DNA of 64,000 nucleotides from an uncultured delta proteobacterium (GTDB lineage Bacteria > Desulfobacterota > RBG-13-43-22). Below the pieces are notes generated by a model that saw nothing but the letters and a program-made list of their open reading frames with translations, was not told the origin of the DNA and did no database searches. The stretch spans positions 128,001 through 192,000 of the forward strand of contig CAWJJC010000005.1 of the NCBI GenBank assembly GCA_963843145.1, read 5' to 3'. This document shows positions 10,269 to 21,683 of the stretch, piece by piece; positions within the stretch are counted from its first letter, which is position 1, and each line of letters starts with the position of its first letter. The position numbers and the translations under genes are program-made.

Positions 10269-12890
10269 ATGACCACCCAGAGCCCATCCGACCCGCCCGT
10301 CCGCCACCCCGAGCAGAGCCCCAACTCGGACGCCCTGATCCAGGCACTTCAAGAAGGCTCCCGGCAAATTATGGCCCACGGCGATTTTAAGGAGACGGCC
10401 CAGGCCATTTATTCCATTCTGAAAAAATATTTGGGGTCCGTGGCTGGTTATGTGGCCCTTGTGTCTATGGATGAAAAAACCAACGAACTGCTATTTTTGG
10501 ATGCGGGAGGCTTACCCTGCCGGGTGGACCCAAATCTGCCTATGCCGGTACGGGGAATGCGCGCCGAGGCTTACCGCAGCGGTAAGGTCATTTACGACAA
10601 TAATTTTCCCGAGAGCCCCTGGGCCGACTTCCTGCCGAAGGATCATGCCCGGCTGGAGAGTGTTCTCTTCGCCCCCCTTAAAATCCAGGCAAAGGTGGTG
10701 GGGGTGATCGGCCTGGCCAATAAACCCGGCGGGTTCACCGATCAGGACGCCCAGGCCGCGGGTATTTTTGGAGAACTGGCCGCTATCGCCTTTGATAAGC
10801 TGCAAACCGCCGAGCGGCTCAAAATCAGCGAAGAGCACTTTCGGGCCGTGGTCCAGACGGCCACGGACGCGATCATTTCAAGCAACCCGGAAGGACGGAT
10901 CAGCTTCTGGAACAGTAAGGCTGAAGCGCTTTTCGGTTATTCCGCAGCGGAGATCCTGGGAAAACCGTCCGCCATCCTCATCCCCGAAAGCCACCGGGAA
11001 AGACATGAATCGGCTCTGGAGCGGGTTCGGAGCGACGGGATCTTGCGCCTGGCCGGAAAAACCATGGAGGTCATCGGGAAGCACCGCGACGGCCAGGAAT
11101 TCCCTATTGAAATCTCCCTTTCCTCCTGGCGGTCGAACGGGCAGGTCCATTTTACCGCCATCATTCGGGATATCAGCGAACGCCAGAAAGCGGAAACCGT
11201 GCGCCGGCGGATCGAGGAGGCTCAACAGTTTTTGCTGCAATGCGGATATCTGCATCCGGGCGAGAATTTTTTCGAATCATTGGCCCGCTACCTCGCGCAG
11301 AGCCTGGAAACGGATTATGTCCGCATCGATCGACTGGAGGGGGATGGACTGACCGCCCGGACGGTGGCCATCTACTTTGATGGAAAATTTGAGGAGAACA
11401 TCGAATACGCACTTAAGGATACCCCCTGCGGCGAGTCACTAGGGAAGACGATTTGTTGTTTTCCCAAGGAGGTCCGCTATTTGTTTCCAGGGGATGCGCT
11501 GCTTCAGGAGATGCGGGCCGAGAGTTATGTGGGAGCCACCCTCTGGAATTTCGAGGGGAAGCCGATCGGTCTGATCGCGATCATCGGGCGCAGCCCCCTG
11601 GTGAACCCCCCTCTGGCGGAATCCATACTGAAACTGGTGGCTATGCGCGCGGCCGGCGAGCTGGAACGCAAGGAGGCGGAAGAAGCCCTAAATCAGGCCC
11701 ATATCCGTCTGGAGGATAAAATCCTGAAGCGCACCGCCGCATTGACCCGGGCCAACGAACAGCTTAAGAATGAAATCAAGACCCGCGTTCAGATGCAAAA
11801 TGCCTTAGCGGAAAGCGAACAGAAGTTCCGGGCCATTTTCAACCAGACCTTTCAGGTCATCGCACTGCTCAAGCCGGATGGGACCGTCCTGGAAATCAAC
11901 CAGACGGCCCTGGACTACTTCCAAATCAATTATCAGGACTCCCTGGGGAAAGCCTTATGGGATCTCCGCGGGAACGATACCCCTGAAGCCAAACGGACAA
12001 TGGTCAAAGAAGCCATCACGCAAGCGGCCGGCGGGCAACTGGTGCGATTCGAGATCCAGATCCCTTTTGTCCGGGGAATTACCCGAACAATGGATTTTTC
12101 AATCAAGCCGGTTTTCAACCCGGGAGAACGAGCCCCCATATTGATCATTGAGGGCCGGGATTTAACCGAACGGAAAAAGACCGAAATGGCACTGGAAAAA
12201 TCGGAGAAGCAACAGCGTCTGCTTTCTTCCCAGATATTGCAGACCCAGGAAAACGAACGGAAAAGGATTGCCCATGAACTGCACGACGGAATAGGGCAAT
12301 TTTTAAGCGCCATCAAGTACCGGATCGAGCATCTGATCCTGACTCATTCGGTTGAAGAAAGAGTCCCACCCGACGAAACCTCCTCTCTGAAGAATATCAT
12401 CCCGATCATTCAGGGGGCCATCGAAGAAATACGCCGGATTTGTATGGACTTGCGGCCCAGCACCCTGGACGACCTCGGGATTCTGGCCACTATTTCCTGG
12501 TTCTGCCGGGAATTCCAGAACACTTACCCTAACATTATGATAAAACAACAAATTCAGGTGGAAGAAGGGCAAATCCCCCTCCTCTTGAAAACCGTAATCT
12601 TTCGCATCATTCAGGAGTCTTTGAACAACATCGCCAAACACAGTCAAGCCGGTAAAATCAACCTGAATTTAGCCCAGAAAGGCCATCATCTCCATTTGAA
12701 TATTCGAGATAACGGTTTGGGATTTACCCTAAAAAATGCTTTTCCTTTGGATGGCTCCACTCGGGGTATGGGTCTGACCAGCATGAAAGAGCGGGCTAAG
12801 TTCTCAGGGGGGGCGCTGACGATCCACTCCCAACCGGGAAAAGGCACCCGGATTCAGGCCTCCTGGCCGTTAGGGGAGGAAAGCGTTTAG
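10269..12890 (+). CDS. GAF-PAS-GAF-PAS sensor histidine kinase (HisKA_3/NarX-type)
   Basis: ERKRIAHELHDGIGQ H-box, ESLNNIAKHS, DNGLGF, GMGLTSMKERA; PAS and GAF segments upstream. Confidence 0.9.
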   Translation: MTTQSPSDPPVRHPEQSPNSDALIQALQEGSRQIMAHGDFKETAQAIYSILKKYLGSVAGYVALVSMDEKTNELLFLDAGGLPCRVDPNLPMPVRGMRAEAYRSGKVIYDNNFPESPWADFLPKDHARLESVLFAPLKIQAKVVGVIGLANKPGGFTDQDAQAAGIFGELAAIAFDKLQTAERLKISEEHFRAVVQTATDAIISSNPEGRISFWNSKAEALFGYSAAEILGKPSAILIPESHRERHESALERVRSDGILRLAGKTMEVIGKHRDGQEFPIEISLSSWRSNGQVHFTAIIRDISERQKAETVRRRIEEAQQFLLQCGYLHPGENFFESLARYLAQSLETDYVRIDRLEGDGLTARTVAIYFDGKFEENIEYALKDTPCGESLGKTICCFPKEVRYLFPGDALLQEMRAESYVGATLWNFEGKPIGLIAIIGRSPLVNPPLAESILKLVAMRAAGELERKEAEEALNQAHIRLEDKILKRTAALTRANEQLKNEIKTRVQMQNALAESEQKFRAIFNQTFQVIALLKPDGTVLEINQTALDYFQINYQDSLGKALWDLRGNDTPEAKRTMVKEAITQAAGGQLVRFEIQIPFVRGITRTMDFSIKPVFNPGERAPILIIEGRDLTERKKTEMALEKSEKQQRLLSSQILQTQENERKRIAHELHDGIGQFLSAIKYRIEHLILTHSVEERVPPDETSSLKNIIPIIQGAIEEIRRICMDLRPSTLDDLGILATISWFCREFQNTYPNIMIKQQIQVEEGQIPLLLKTVIFRIIQESLNNIAKHSQAGKINLNLAQKGHHLHLNIRDNGLGFTLKNAFPLDGSTRGMGLTSMKERAKFSGGALTIHSQPGKGTRIQASWPLGEESV

Positions 12891-12931
12891 CGTTCAGATC
12901 TCCGTCTTTAATCCGGCATCAGGCATGGCCC

Positions 12932-13585
12932 TTACTTAACCACCAACCCCTTTTCTAAGGCGTAAGCGGTCACCTCCGAGACATTGTGGAAATTCAACTT
13001 TACCATTAGATTGGCCCGGTGTTTCTCAACGGTCTTGGGACTGATCACCAGCAGTTCGGCAATTTCCTTATTTCGAGCTCCCTCCGCTATGAGCTTCAAT
13101 ACTTCCCGTTCCCTTGAGGTCAGGTTATCCCAAATACCCGGGATCTTTTCCGTCTTTTTCCCCTCCAGATACCCTTCGATGACACTTCCCGAAATGCCCG
13201 GGCTCAAATACCGTTTCCCGCCCAAGACGATTTTCACCGCGGCCATCATCTCCTGCGCATTGGCATCTTTGAGGAGATACCCGTCGGCTCCGGCCCTCAA
13301 GGTGGTCAGGATATACTCTTCGGTTTTATGGACCGTCAGAGACATAACCTTCGTCTCAGGCCAGCGCCGCTTGATTTCCCGAATGGCCTCCATGCCGTCC
13401 ATACGCGGCATGGAAAGATCCATTATTACCAGGTCCGGGGCTAATTTTTCCACCTGGTTAATGGCTTCCCGGCCATCCCCGGCCTCCCCGGCAATTTCGA
13501 GTTCCGGATCGGTGGTCAGGAGGGCCTTCAACCCCTCGCGGAGGATGGTGTGGTCCTCGACAATGAGTATTCTCTTTATTTCCAT
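12932..13585 (-). CDS. NarL/LuxR-family response regulator
   Basis: REC domain (EDH, MDLSMP, GYLLK) plus LTSREREVLKLIAEG..NKEIA..TVEKHR helix-turn-helix. Confidence 0.93.
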   Translation of the reverse strand: MEIKRILIVEDHTILREGLKALLTTDPELEIAGEAGDGREAINQVEKLAPDLVIMDLSMPRMDGMEAIREIKRRWPETKVMSLTVHKTEEYILTTLRAGADGYLLKDANAQEMMAAVKIVLGGKRYLSPGISGSVIEGYLEGKKTEKIPGIWDNLTSREREVLKLIAEGARNKEIAELLVISPKTVEKHRANLMVKLNFHNVSEVTAYALEKGLVVK

Positions 13586-13824
13586 GAAAAATACACCGTT
13601 CTCCAGAAAAATATACTAGGTTTACCCTATTTATCATATCCACCATCCCCTGTAAAGTGGATATAACTTAAGGTTTTCGAGGGCCAAGTCCTTTATCGTG
13701 GCGGGGACTCGCGATGTCTGACAATAAAAAGCCTAACTTGTTGACATTAATAGTTAATAATTAACAATCTATTTTTCATTATCAACTATTAATAAAGGCT
13801 TTGTGGTGACAAGTTCTATTTTCA

Positions 13825-14054
13825 CCCCCATGCCAGGGGCGGGCACCCCGAAGCATGAAAATTTATGTTTATTCAACTTATTAGATCGTCATTCCGGCGA
13901 ACGCCCTTCGGCTAGCTCAGGGCCATGAGCATTGTCGAATGGCCGGAATCCAGGGCAGTGAAGGTCCTGGGTCACCTGGATCCCGGATCGAGTCCGGGAT
14001 GACGGCAAAAACAAAACGCCTAAAAAATGGTGATCGATTCTATTTTCGTACTAA
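13825..14054 (+). mobile_element. Shell repeat copy D
   Basis: Canonical ends; cargo almost identical to copy E. Confidence 0.8.
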
Positions 14055-14090
14055 GATTTAGGGCCGCCCACCCGGCCCTGAGGTATATTT

Positions 14091-14465
14091 ATGGTCACAG
14101 CCCTGCTGGTTGAAGATAACGAATTCTTTCGCAAATCCTTCAAAAAAATACTGAACGACCGGTTTCCCCTTTTAATAGTTATCGAGGCCGGCACCTGCCG
14201 GGAAGGCCTTCAAATGTGCCGAGAAAGCTTCCCGGAACTGATCTTCGCCGATATCAATCTTCCGGACGGCAACGGTTTGGAATTATCCCGAACCCTACGG
14301 TTACAATACCCCCAAACCACTATTTTGATTTTGACCAGCTACGACCTGCCGGAATACCGTCAAGCCGCCGTGGCCAACGGGGCCAATTATTTTTTCCCTA
14401 AGGATTCCAATCACGAAGTGATCCTTTCCATGGTGGAATCAGAAATTTGTAGAAATATAAATTAA
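14091..14465 (+). CDS. Single-domain response regulator
   Basis: LLVEDN, DINLPDGNG, ILTSYD, GANYFFPK. RBS GAGG. Confidence 0.88.
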   Translation: MVTALLVEDNEFFRKSFKKILNDRFPLLIVIEAGTCREGLQMCRESFPELIFADINLPDGNGLELSRTLRLQYPQTTILILTSYDLPEYRQAAVANGANYFFPKDSNHEVILSMVESEICRNIN

Positions 14466-14597
14466 TTATAATATGCCTCCATTTGAGAGGCAAAAAATAC
14501 TAAGAGTCCCTATATAAAATACTAGATTTACCCCATTTTATAATTTGGTAATAACTATTATTAATGATGTTGAATTATTAACGATAAAAACCCGTAC

Positions 14598-14831
14598 TAA
14601 ACCCCATTGGCCAAGGCGGAAACCCCGGGGCATGAAAATTTATGTTTATTCAATTTGTTAGGTCGTCATTCCGGCGAACGCCCTTCGGCTAGCTCAGGGC
14701 CATGAGCATTGTCGAATGGCCGGAATCCAGGGCAGTGAAGGTCCTGGGTCACCTGGATCCCGGATCGAGTCCGGGATGACGGCAAAAACAAAACGCCTAA
14801 AAAGCGGTAATCAATTCTATTTTCGTATTAA
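14598..14831 (+). mobile_element. Shell repeat copy E
   Basis: About 200-bp near-identical direct repeat of copy D. Confidence 0.8.
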
Positions 14832-14850
14832 CGAATAAGGAAAGCTGTTG

Positions 14851-15541
14851 ATGCTGAAGGCAACGCTCAAATGGATAGTGTTCCTGGCCGTTGGACTTGT
14901 GGCTACTCTGGCGAGCGCTGACCAGGACCCGGTTCTCAAGACTCAGAAGGACTGGCAAAGCTACGCCATGGGGGTGGAGGCGGGGACAAACCTCAAACGC
15001 CTGGGCATCGATTTCGATTTAGACATCGTTATCAGGGGCATGAAGGATGCGTATACGGGCAATAAGCTCCTGTTGTCTGAAAAGAACATCAAAACATCCT
15101 TGCACCTCATTGCCTCCGAACTAATGCGAAAAAAAGACGCCGCCCGAATAGAGGCGGGACTGGATAACAAGAAAAAGGGGGAAGCATTTCTGGCCGAGAA
15201 TAAAGCCCAGGCCGACGTGGTGACGCTTCCCAGCGGCTTGCAGTACAAGATCCTCAAAGCCGGGGACGGCAAGAAGCCGACCGAGGCGGACACCGTTGAG
15301 TGCCGCTATCGAGGGACCCACATCGACGGGACCGTGTTTGAAACCTCCGGGGAGAAGCCAGGCTACCTTCACGGTCGCAAAAGTCATTCCCGGATGGAGG
15401 GAGGCCCTCAAACTCATGTCCGTGGGCGCCAAGTGGCGGCTCTTCATTCCCTCCCAGCTCGCCTACGGACAGCAGGGATCGGGCCGGATCGGCCCCTACG
15501 AGACGATCATCTTTGAAATTGAGCTGGTCGATATCAAATGA
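14851..15541 (+). CDS. FKBP-type (Mip/FkpA-like) peptidyl-prolyl isomerase (+1 frameshift near 15361)
   Basis: Signal peptide, SYAMG, GEAFLAENK, LPSGLQYKILKAGDG, then VIPGWREALKLM..IPSQLAYG..IFEIEL in the +1 frame. Confidence 0.85.
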
Positions 15542-15695
15542 TCATAGGCGGAGCTCGCCGCTTCCGGGCCATTGGCCATTGCCAGCAAAGGGGGTGATGA
15601 GACACAGAGAGGCTGAAGCCCGGTCGAAGAGTGCCTTCAACGAAGGCACTGAGCACCGGAAAATGTTTCACAAAAATAGTGGTAATTATCACAAA

Positions 15696-15780
15696 TCGTC
15701 AATCCCGCAGGGCTTTTGAGCGGGAATCCAGGCTCTTCTCAGTTATAACTGGATCCCCGACAAAAACATTCGGGGATGAC
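15696..15780 (+). repeat. REP-like palindrome GTCA(A)TCCCGC...GGAATCCAG...CTGGATCCCCG...CGGGGATGAC
   Basis: Homologous copies at 51376-51458 and, reversed, at 28140-28222. Confidence 0.7.
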
Positions 15781-15861
15781 GAAAAGTTACCAGTAAAACG
15801 ATCAATAAAGATAAGAGCCCGCGAATATTGTCCCACCCAACTGAAACAAAAGGAGAGAGAG

Positions 15862-18800
15862 ATGAGTAGAGGCAAATTTCTAATTTTCGTGGTTTTAATA
15901 GTGGCGCTGCTTGGCCTTTCCTGGGGAATTGACCCGGCCGGCGCCCAAACGGTAGTCCCAACGGGTGCAGCCGGATTCAACCCGTATGTGAATTACCAGG
16001 TGCCCAATTTCGCCTACAGCCCGAACATCAGGAAGTTCGTGGATGCGCTGCCCGGTCTGGGGGCTTCGGGATGCACCCGAAGTACCCCATTCGGCACAGG
16101 GACGTGTAATGAAAACGATCTCGGCCAGTACATCCCCGTCGCCGTACCGGGCACCACCACCTTCCGGTGAGGATTATTACGAAATCACCGCGGGAGAATA
16201 CAATATGAAAATGCACTCGGACCTGCCGATAACCCACAAGCTGAGGGGCTACGCGCAGACCAATGCCGGCGGCTCCCGCCAGTGTGCAAAACGTCAACCA
16301 GTACCTGGGGCCGGCGATCATCGCCAGGACCTTCAACCCGGCCCTCCCGAAAAATGACACTGCGACACGGAAACGGCAGGCCGGTGCGCGTCTTGTTTAA
16401 GAACAATTTACCGATTAACAGTACACTGACGGATACCGCCGGCAACCTCGCGCTGCCGGTGGACCTCACCCAGATGGGCGCTGGAAAAGGACCCGACGGG
16501 GTTCATAACTTCACTCAAAACCGGGTCACCATTCCCCACCTCCACGGCGGCGCTACCCCCTGGATCAGCGACGGGACGCCCCAACAGTGGCTCACCCCCG
16601 CGGGGGACCCCGCCGCTCTCGCCCTCGGTGCTGCCTACCAGAAAGGCGCGAGTTTTGCGCATGTGCCTGATATGGTCCTCAACACCGCGGCGGCTTATCC
16701 TCCTTACGCTGCCGGCCACGGCGCATCAGTTCCGGGAACCTGCACTGTCGGACCCTGCATCACTCCCACCCTGGGAGACGGAATTGGGACCCTCTACTGG
16801 TCAAACGAGCAGAGCTCCCGGCTCATGTTTTACCACGATCACGCCTGGGGCATTACCCGCCTCAACGTTTATGCGGGCATGGCCGCGCCTTTTATCCTGG
16901 TCGATCAGGCCGAGGATGACATGATCGACGGTACCAACAATCCGGCGCCTTTACGAATCCCAAGCCGGTCCTTCCCAATCTGGGAGGGATCTACAAATAT
17001 GGCATTCCGCTGGTCATCCAGGACAAGACGTTCGTCAACGATTCCACCACCCCCCCGGGTGCGGGATTTACCGGGACGCCAACCTTTCCTACCTTGGCCG
17101 TTGATCCTCTCTGGTATGATTCGGTCCATACTTGGCAAGGGGCTGCTCCTCCGGTGGGTGGCGACCTCTGGTGGCCCCACGAGTATATACCGAACGAGAA
17201 TATCTATGATCCCTCCGGGGCCAACCCCCTGGGCCGGTCGGACTATGGCCCCTGGTTGAACCCGGCGGTCATACCGTTAAATCCGACGCTGCCCAGCCCC
17301 TCCGTCGTCCCTGAGGAATGGGGGGATACGATGGTCGTCAACGGCACCGCCTTCCCGTACCTTAATGTGCCTGCCGGCGCTGTTCGCTTCCGGATCCTGA
17401 ATGCCGCCGACGATCGCAGCCTCAACCTGTCCTGGTTTGTGGCCGACCCGGCCCTCCCCACAGAGGTCAAGATGGTCCCGGCCAACCCGAACCCGGCCTT
17501 CCCGACCTGGCCGGCGGACGGCCGCAACGGCGGGGTGCCGGACCCGACGACCCAGGGTCCGTCCTGGTATCAGATCGGGAACGAAGGCGGCATTATGCCG
17601 CAGGTCGCGGTGCTTCCGCCGCAGCCCGTCAATATCGAGTACAGTCGCCTCGTCCCGACCCTTTTAAACGTTACCAACCAGTCTCTTTTACTCATGGGGG
17701 CCATGCGGGCCGACGTGGTCGTCGACTTCTCCCCCTTCGCCGGCAAGACCCTCATTCTTTACAACGACGCGCCGGCGCCCATGCCGCTGTTCGACGAGCG
17801 CAACGACCAATATACGAACGATCCGGATTTCACCTCTACCGGCGGCGCACCCACGACCGTGGCCGGCTTCGGGCCCAACACCCGGACGGTCATGCAGGTT
17901 CGGGTAGCCGCTTCCCCGGTAACGCCTTTCAACCTGGCGGCGTTGCAAGCGGCCCTGCCGCAGGCCTACGCCAAAACGCAGGCCCCGCCCATCATCCCCC
18001 AAAGCGCCTATAACGCGGCCTTTAACCCGGACCCGCTGACCCAGGCACAATACCCCGACACCTATGTCAACAACACCGATGAGAGCGTAAACCTCACCGG
18101 GTTCGGCCAGGGGGTTGAATCGCTCGTCACCATGATCGGGGGCTCCGGTTACACCTCGGCCCCGACCATCACCTTTGTCAACGCCAGCCCCGGCGGCTCG
18201 GGCGCAGCGGGCACGGCCTACCTGAATGGCGTTACCGCCATCACGGTGACCACCGACGGCATCGGGTATAACAACATTCCCACGGTTACAATAGACCCGC
18301 CTACCGGCACACAAGCCACGGCAACGGCAACAGTTGTCGGCGGGGGGCTGTTACCGCCATCACTGTGATCAACGGTAGGCTTTGGGTATATCGCGGGAAG
18401 TCCTGCCGTAACGATTACCGCACCGGTGGGCACCGGTGCAACAGCCACGGCAACAGCTCTTGCTGAACGGGCGTTGTAACCGGTTTCACGGTGACTAACT
18501 GGAGGCAGCGGTTATACAATAGCGCCCTCCACGATCGGTTACGATAGGCCCTCCGACCCCTGCAATCGCCACAGCCGTGGCCACCGTAACCGGCGGAGGC
18601 GTTCCGGCCATAACGGTTGTAGACCCAGGCTTCGGCTACACGGTAAATCCTAATGTAACCATCACTCCCACCGGTGGTGACACCACTGCTACGACCGCCG
18701 CAGCCATCCTCGGGAATCACCCTCGGCGCCGTTGCTCACCTACAACTAACGAATCCAGGATCGGGCTACACCAAGGCTCCCTATGTCTACTTCTCTGGAG

Positions 18801-20688
18801 GCGGCGGCACAGGGGCCGTGGGCGATTCCATTCTGACCGGGGGTTTACCGATCGGCATGAAGAACATCACCGAGGGATTCGACCCCTATTACGGCCGGAT
18901 TAACGTCCTGCTCGGCACCACCCCCGTCCCGCTCGACCCGTTGGCACCCGCCCCACAGGTGCCCGGCATCGCCACCTACATCGACCCGCCCTCCGATTTC
19001 TGGAACGACGGCCAGACCTATGTCTTCCGGTTATCGCACATCGGCGTGGACAGCCATGCGATGCACTTCCACCTGGTAAACCTCCAGGTGGTCAACCGGG
19101 TGGACTATACCAACACCATGCTGCCCCCCGACCCCAGCGAGCTGGGCTGGAGGGAAACCATCCGGACCAATCCGTTCACGGACGTCATCCTGGCGGTGAC
19201 CCCGAAAAGGATGGTGCTTCCCTTCGCGCTCTACCCGAGCATTCGGCTCCTGGACCCTTCGACAACGGTGGGGTCCACGGCGAATTATATCCAGCCGGCC
19301 CCGGTCCCCGGGACACCCACTCCGGCCGGTATCTCCAACGTGTTGACCAACTTCGGAGGGGAGTACGTCTGGCATTGCCACCTCTTGAGCCATGAAGAGA
19401 ACGACATGATGCGGACGATTGTCTTCAAAGTGCCGTTGGCCTCACCGGCTGCGCCTACGCTCCTTACCGCCACCCAAACCGCGGCAGGGGCCGTCAAACT
19501 CAATTGGCAATATAATTCAGGGAATGAGAGCGGTTTCGAGGTATATAGGTGCGATAGTACTTGCACCCCTTATACTGGACTGGGACGCCCATCGCCACAG
19601 GCAATACAAACCAGCCCACGTTTACCGATACTACGGTTGTTCCGGGCGCGCAACCTACTCCTATCAGGTCGTCGCCCTGAACTCGTTCGCGACTGTCACT
19701 AAAAATCCGTCAAATACACTCACAATAACCACCGGTACCGTGACCGCACCGGCAAGCCCGTCACTTTTGACCGCCACGCCGTCGGCCTTGGGCCCGAATC
19801 CTCCTACAGTGGCGCTCGTCTGGACGGACAACTCCACCAACGAGTTGGGCTTCATTGTCCAGAGGGCCACGAATGCCGGCTTCACGGCCGGACTGACCAC
19901 CTTCCCGATGATTGCCGCGAACCATACGGCATTATACCGACACGACGGTGGTCGCGATGACGCAGTACTGGTACCGGGTGCGCGCCCATAATTTGGGCGG
20001 CGATTCGGGCAATGCAACTGCCGGACCGACCACCACAACGGGCCAGATTCCGGCGGACCCGGCCAATCTGGTGGCCTCACCCTTCACCGTCACCACGACT
20101 CCACCGGCGGTGTCCGTGAAATTGACCTGGACTGACAACTCCACTAATGAAACCAACTTCAGGATCCAGAGGGCTACGGATGCCTCCTTCACCGCGGGAC
20201 TGACCAACTACACGGTCGGTGCCAACGTGACGACCTACAACGATACGGCGGTTTCACCCAATATCCATTACTACTATCGGGTTATCGCCTTGAACGCGGA
20301 CGGTCCTTCGGGGTACTCCAATACCGCCGAGGTCACGCCGATGAACCTGTCGCTTACGTCGCCGACCAGTCTGGTGGCCACGGCGTCTCCCGCCGGCAAG
20401 GCCTCTGCGGTGAGTTTGACCTGGACCGACACCGACACCAACGCGACCACCTTCATCATCGAGCGGGCGTTGGATGCCGGGTTCACCACCGGGGTGACCA
20501 CCTTCTCGATCGGCAGGCTCGGAGACGTTACGAGCTATACCGACAGGACGGTCATGCCGCTGACGACCTACTTTTATCAGGTCGTTGCTTTCAACGTTCT
20601 TGGGAGTTCGCTGCCGTCGAACACGGCAACCGTAACCACGAATTCGGGAGCCAGTTTCATCTATTTACCTTTAATTCTTAAACATTAA
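15862..20688 (+). CDS. Giant secreted multicopper oxidase (MofA/OmpB-like) with Gly/Thr repeats and FN3 domains; at least 8 apparent frameshifts
   Basis: Signal peptide, IRKFVDALPG, HLHGG, FYHDHAWG, HAMHFHL, YVWHCHLLSHEENDMM, repeated G.GY...P.VT, four FN3 units (L.W.DNS.NE..F.I.RA). The pieces lie in different frames. Confidence 0.8.
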
Positions 20689-20701
20689 CCAATAACCGGT
20701 G

Positions 20702-20740
20702 GGGGGGCAGGGTCGATTAACCCTGCCCCCCTTCTTTTTT
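20702..20740 (+). terminator. Rho-independent terminator
   Basis: GGGGGGCAGGGT-loop-ACCCTGCCCCCC followed by TTCTTTTTTT, just after the oxidase stop. Confidence 0.85.
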
Positions 20741-20868
20741 TAACCCACCCCATCCAATTAGATAGTCGAAAAAAAACACTACCGGTAATCCAAACCTTCC
20801 CCCGACCAGCGCCCCGCCCTCTCCCCCCAAACCGGCTTCGGCCTTAAATACTCGGGCCATCATGCGGT

Positions 20869-21190
20869 TTTAGTATGTAAATAACCACCGCATGTTATGC
20901 GACCACTTTCGCTCCTTCTATGGCATGTATCCAATATCTTTATGCCGTCGGATTCCGGCCTCGAGTACCGGGGGTTCAATGCGAAAATAAATTGAGTGAA
21001 CAAGTGATCATTCTTAGGGGCGTCGCCCTGGCCATTCCGGTCTGTATTTGACACCATGCCTTATGCCCTTGATTGCAATGAAGTGAATCCCGTTCAGCCG
21101 GAAGTGGGCGACCGGACCCAAACTGAATAAGCATAAATTTTGACATCCTTCGGCAGGTGCTTGACCCTGGACATATGTATGGGAATTTAA
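20869..21190 (-). mobile_element. Two tandem degenerate shell repeats
   Basis: Reversed right ends TTAGTATGTAAATAA and ATGCGAAAATAA; reversed left-end-like CATATGTCCAGGGTCAAGCACCTGCCGAAGGATGTCAAAATTTATGCTTATTC. Confidence 0.5.
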
Positions 21191-21201
21191 GGAGTAAGAA
21201 A

Positions 21202-21569
21202 ATGGAAGCATCAAAACTTACTTTTAAAGGACAGGTAACCATCCCCAAGAAAGTACGGACCGCATTGGGATTCAGGCGGGTGATTTGGTTATCTTTTCTG
21301 TGGAGGGGGAAAAGGCCGTTCTAGAACCCTTTATAAAAAAGTCGTTGCTCGATTTCTATGGGACTCTGCCGGTTAAACGAAAATACCCCGGTTTTGAGGC
21401 CACGCGCCGGGAAGTACATCAGAAAATTTCCAATCAGGAATCGCCGGTCCAGACCCCATTTCAAAAAGTCCGTCACCTGCTGGGAGTGGCGGAAAGCGGC
21501 GTGAAGGATCTGGGGGAAAACCACCGGGCCTATCTAATGAAAAAAATAAGAAAATCCGCCTGGATATAG
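21202..21569 (+). pseudogene. AbrB/MazE-family antitoxin (frameshift near 21270) fused to a second antitoxin remnant
   Basis: MEASKLTFKGQVTIPKKVRTALG / IQAGDLVIFSVEG; tail LLGVAESGVKDLGENHRAYL. Confidence 0.65.
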
Positions 21570-21640
21570 TAACCTTCGATAAACGGGATTTTAACACTTA
21601 CCGCCTGCCTTCCGGAAGCCCTTTTCACCTCCTGCCTTAA
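21563..21640 (+). pseudogene. PIN/VapC toxin C-terminal remnant
   Basis: DIVTFDKRDFNTYRLPSGSPFHLLP*, with no start codon. Confidence 0.5.
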
Positions 21641-21683
21641 AATTATTCTTTGCAAAAGATCAATAATGATCTAATATTGAATC

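Noticed and set aside
16160-16172. In-frame TGA in the oxidase as selenocysteine or programmed recoding
   Set aside because: Homology continues in a different frame, so this is an indel; no SECIS-like hairpin or slippery site was evident.
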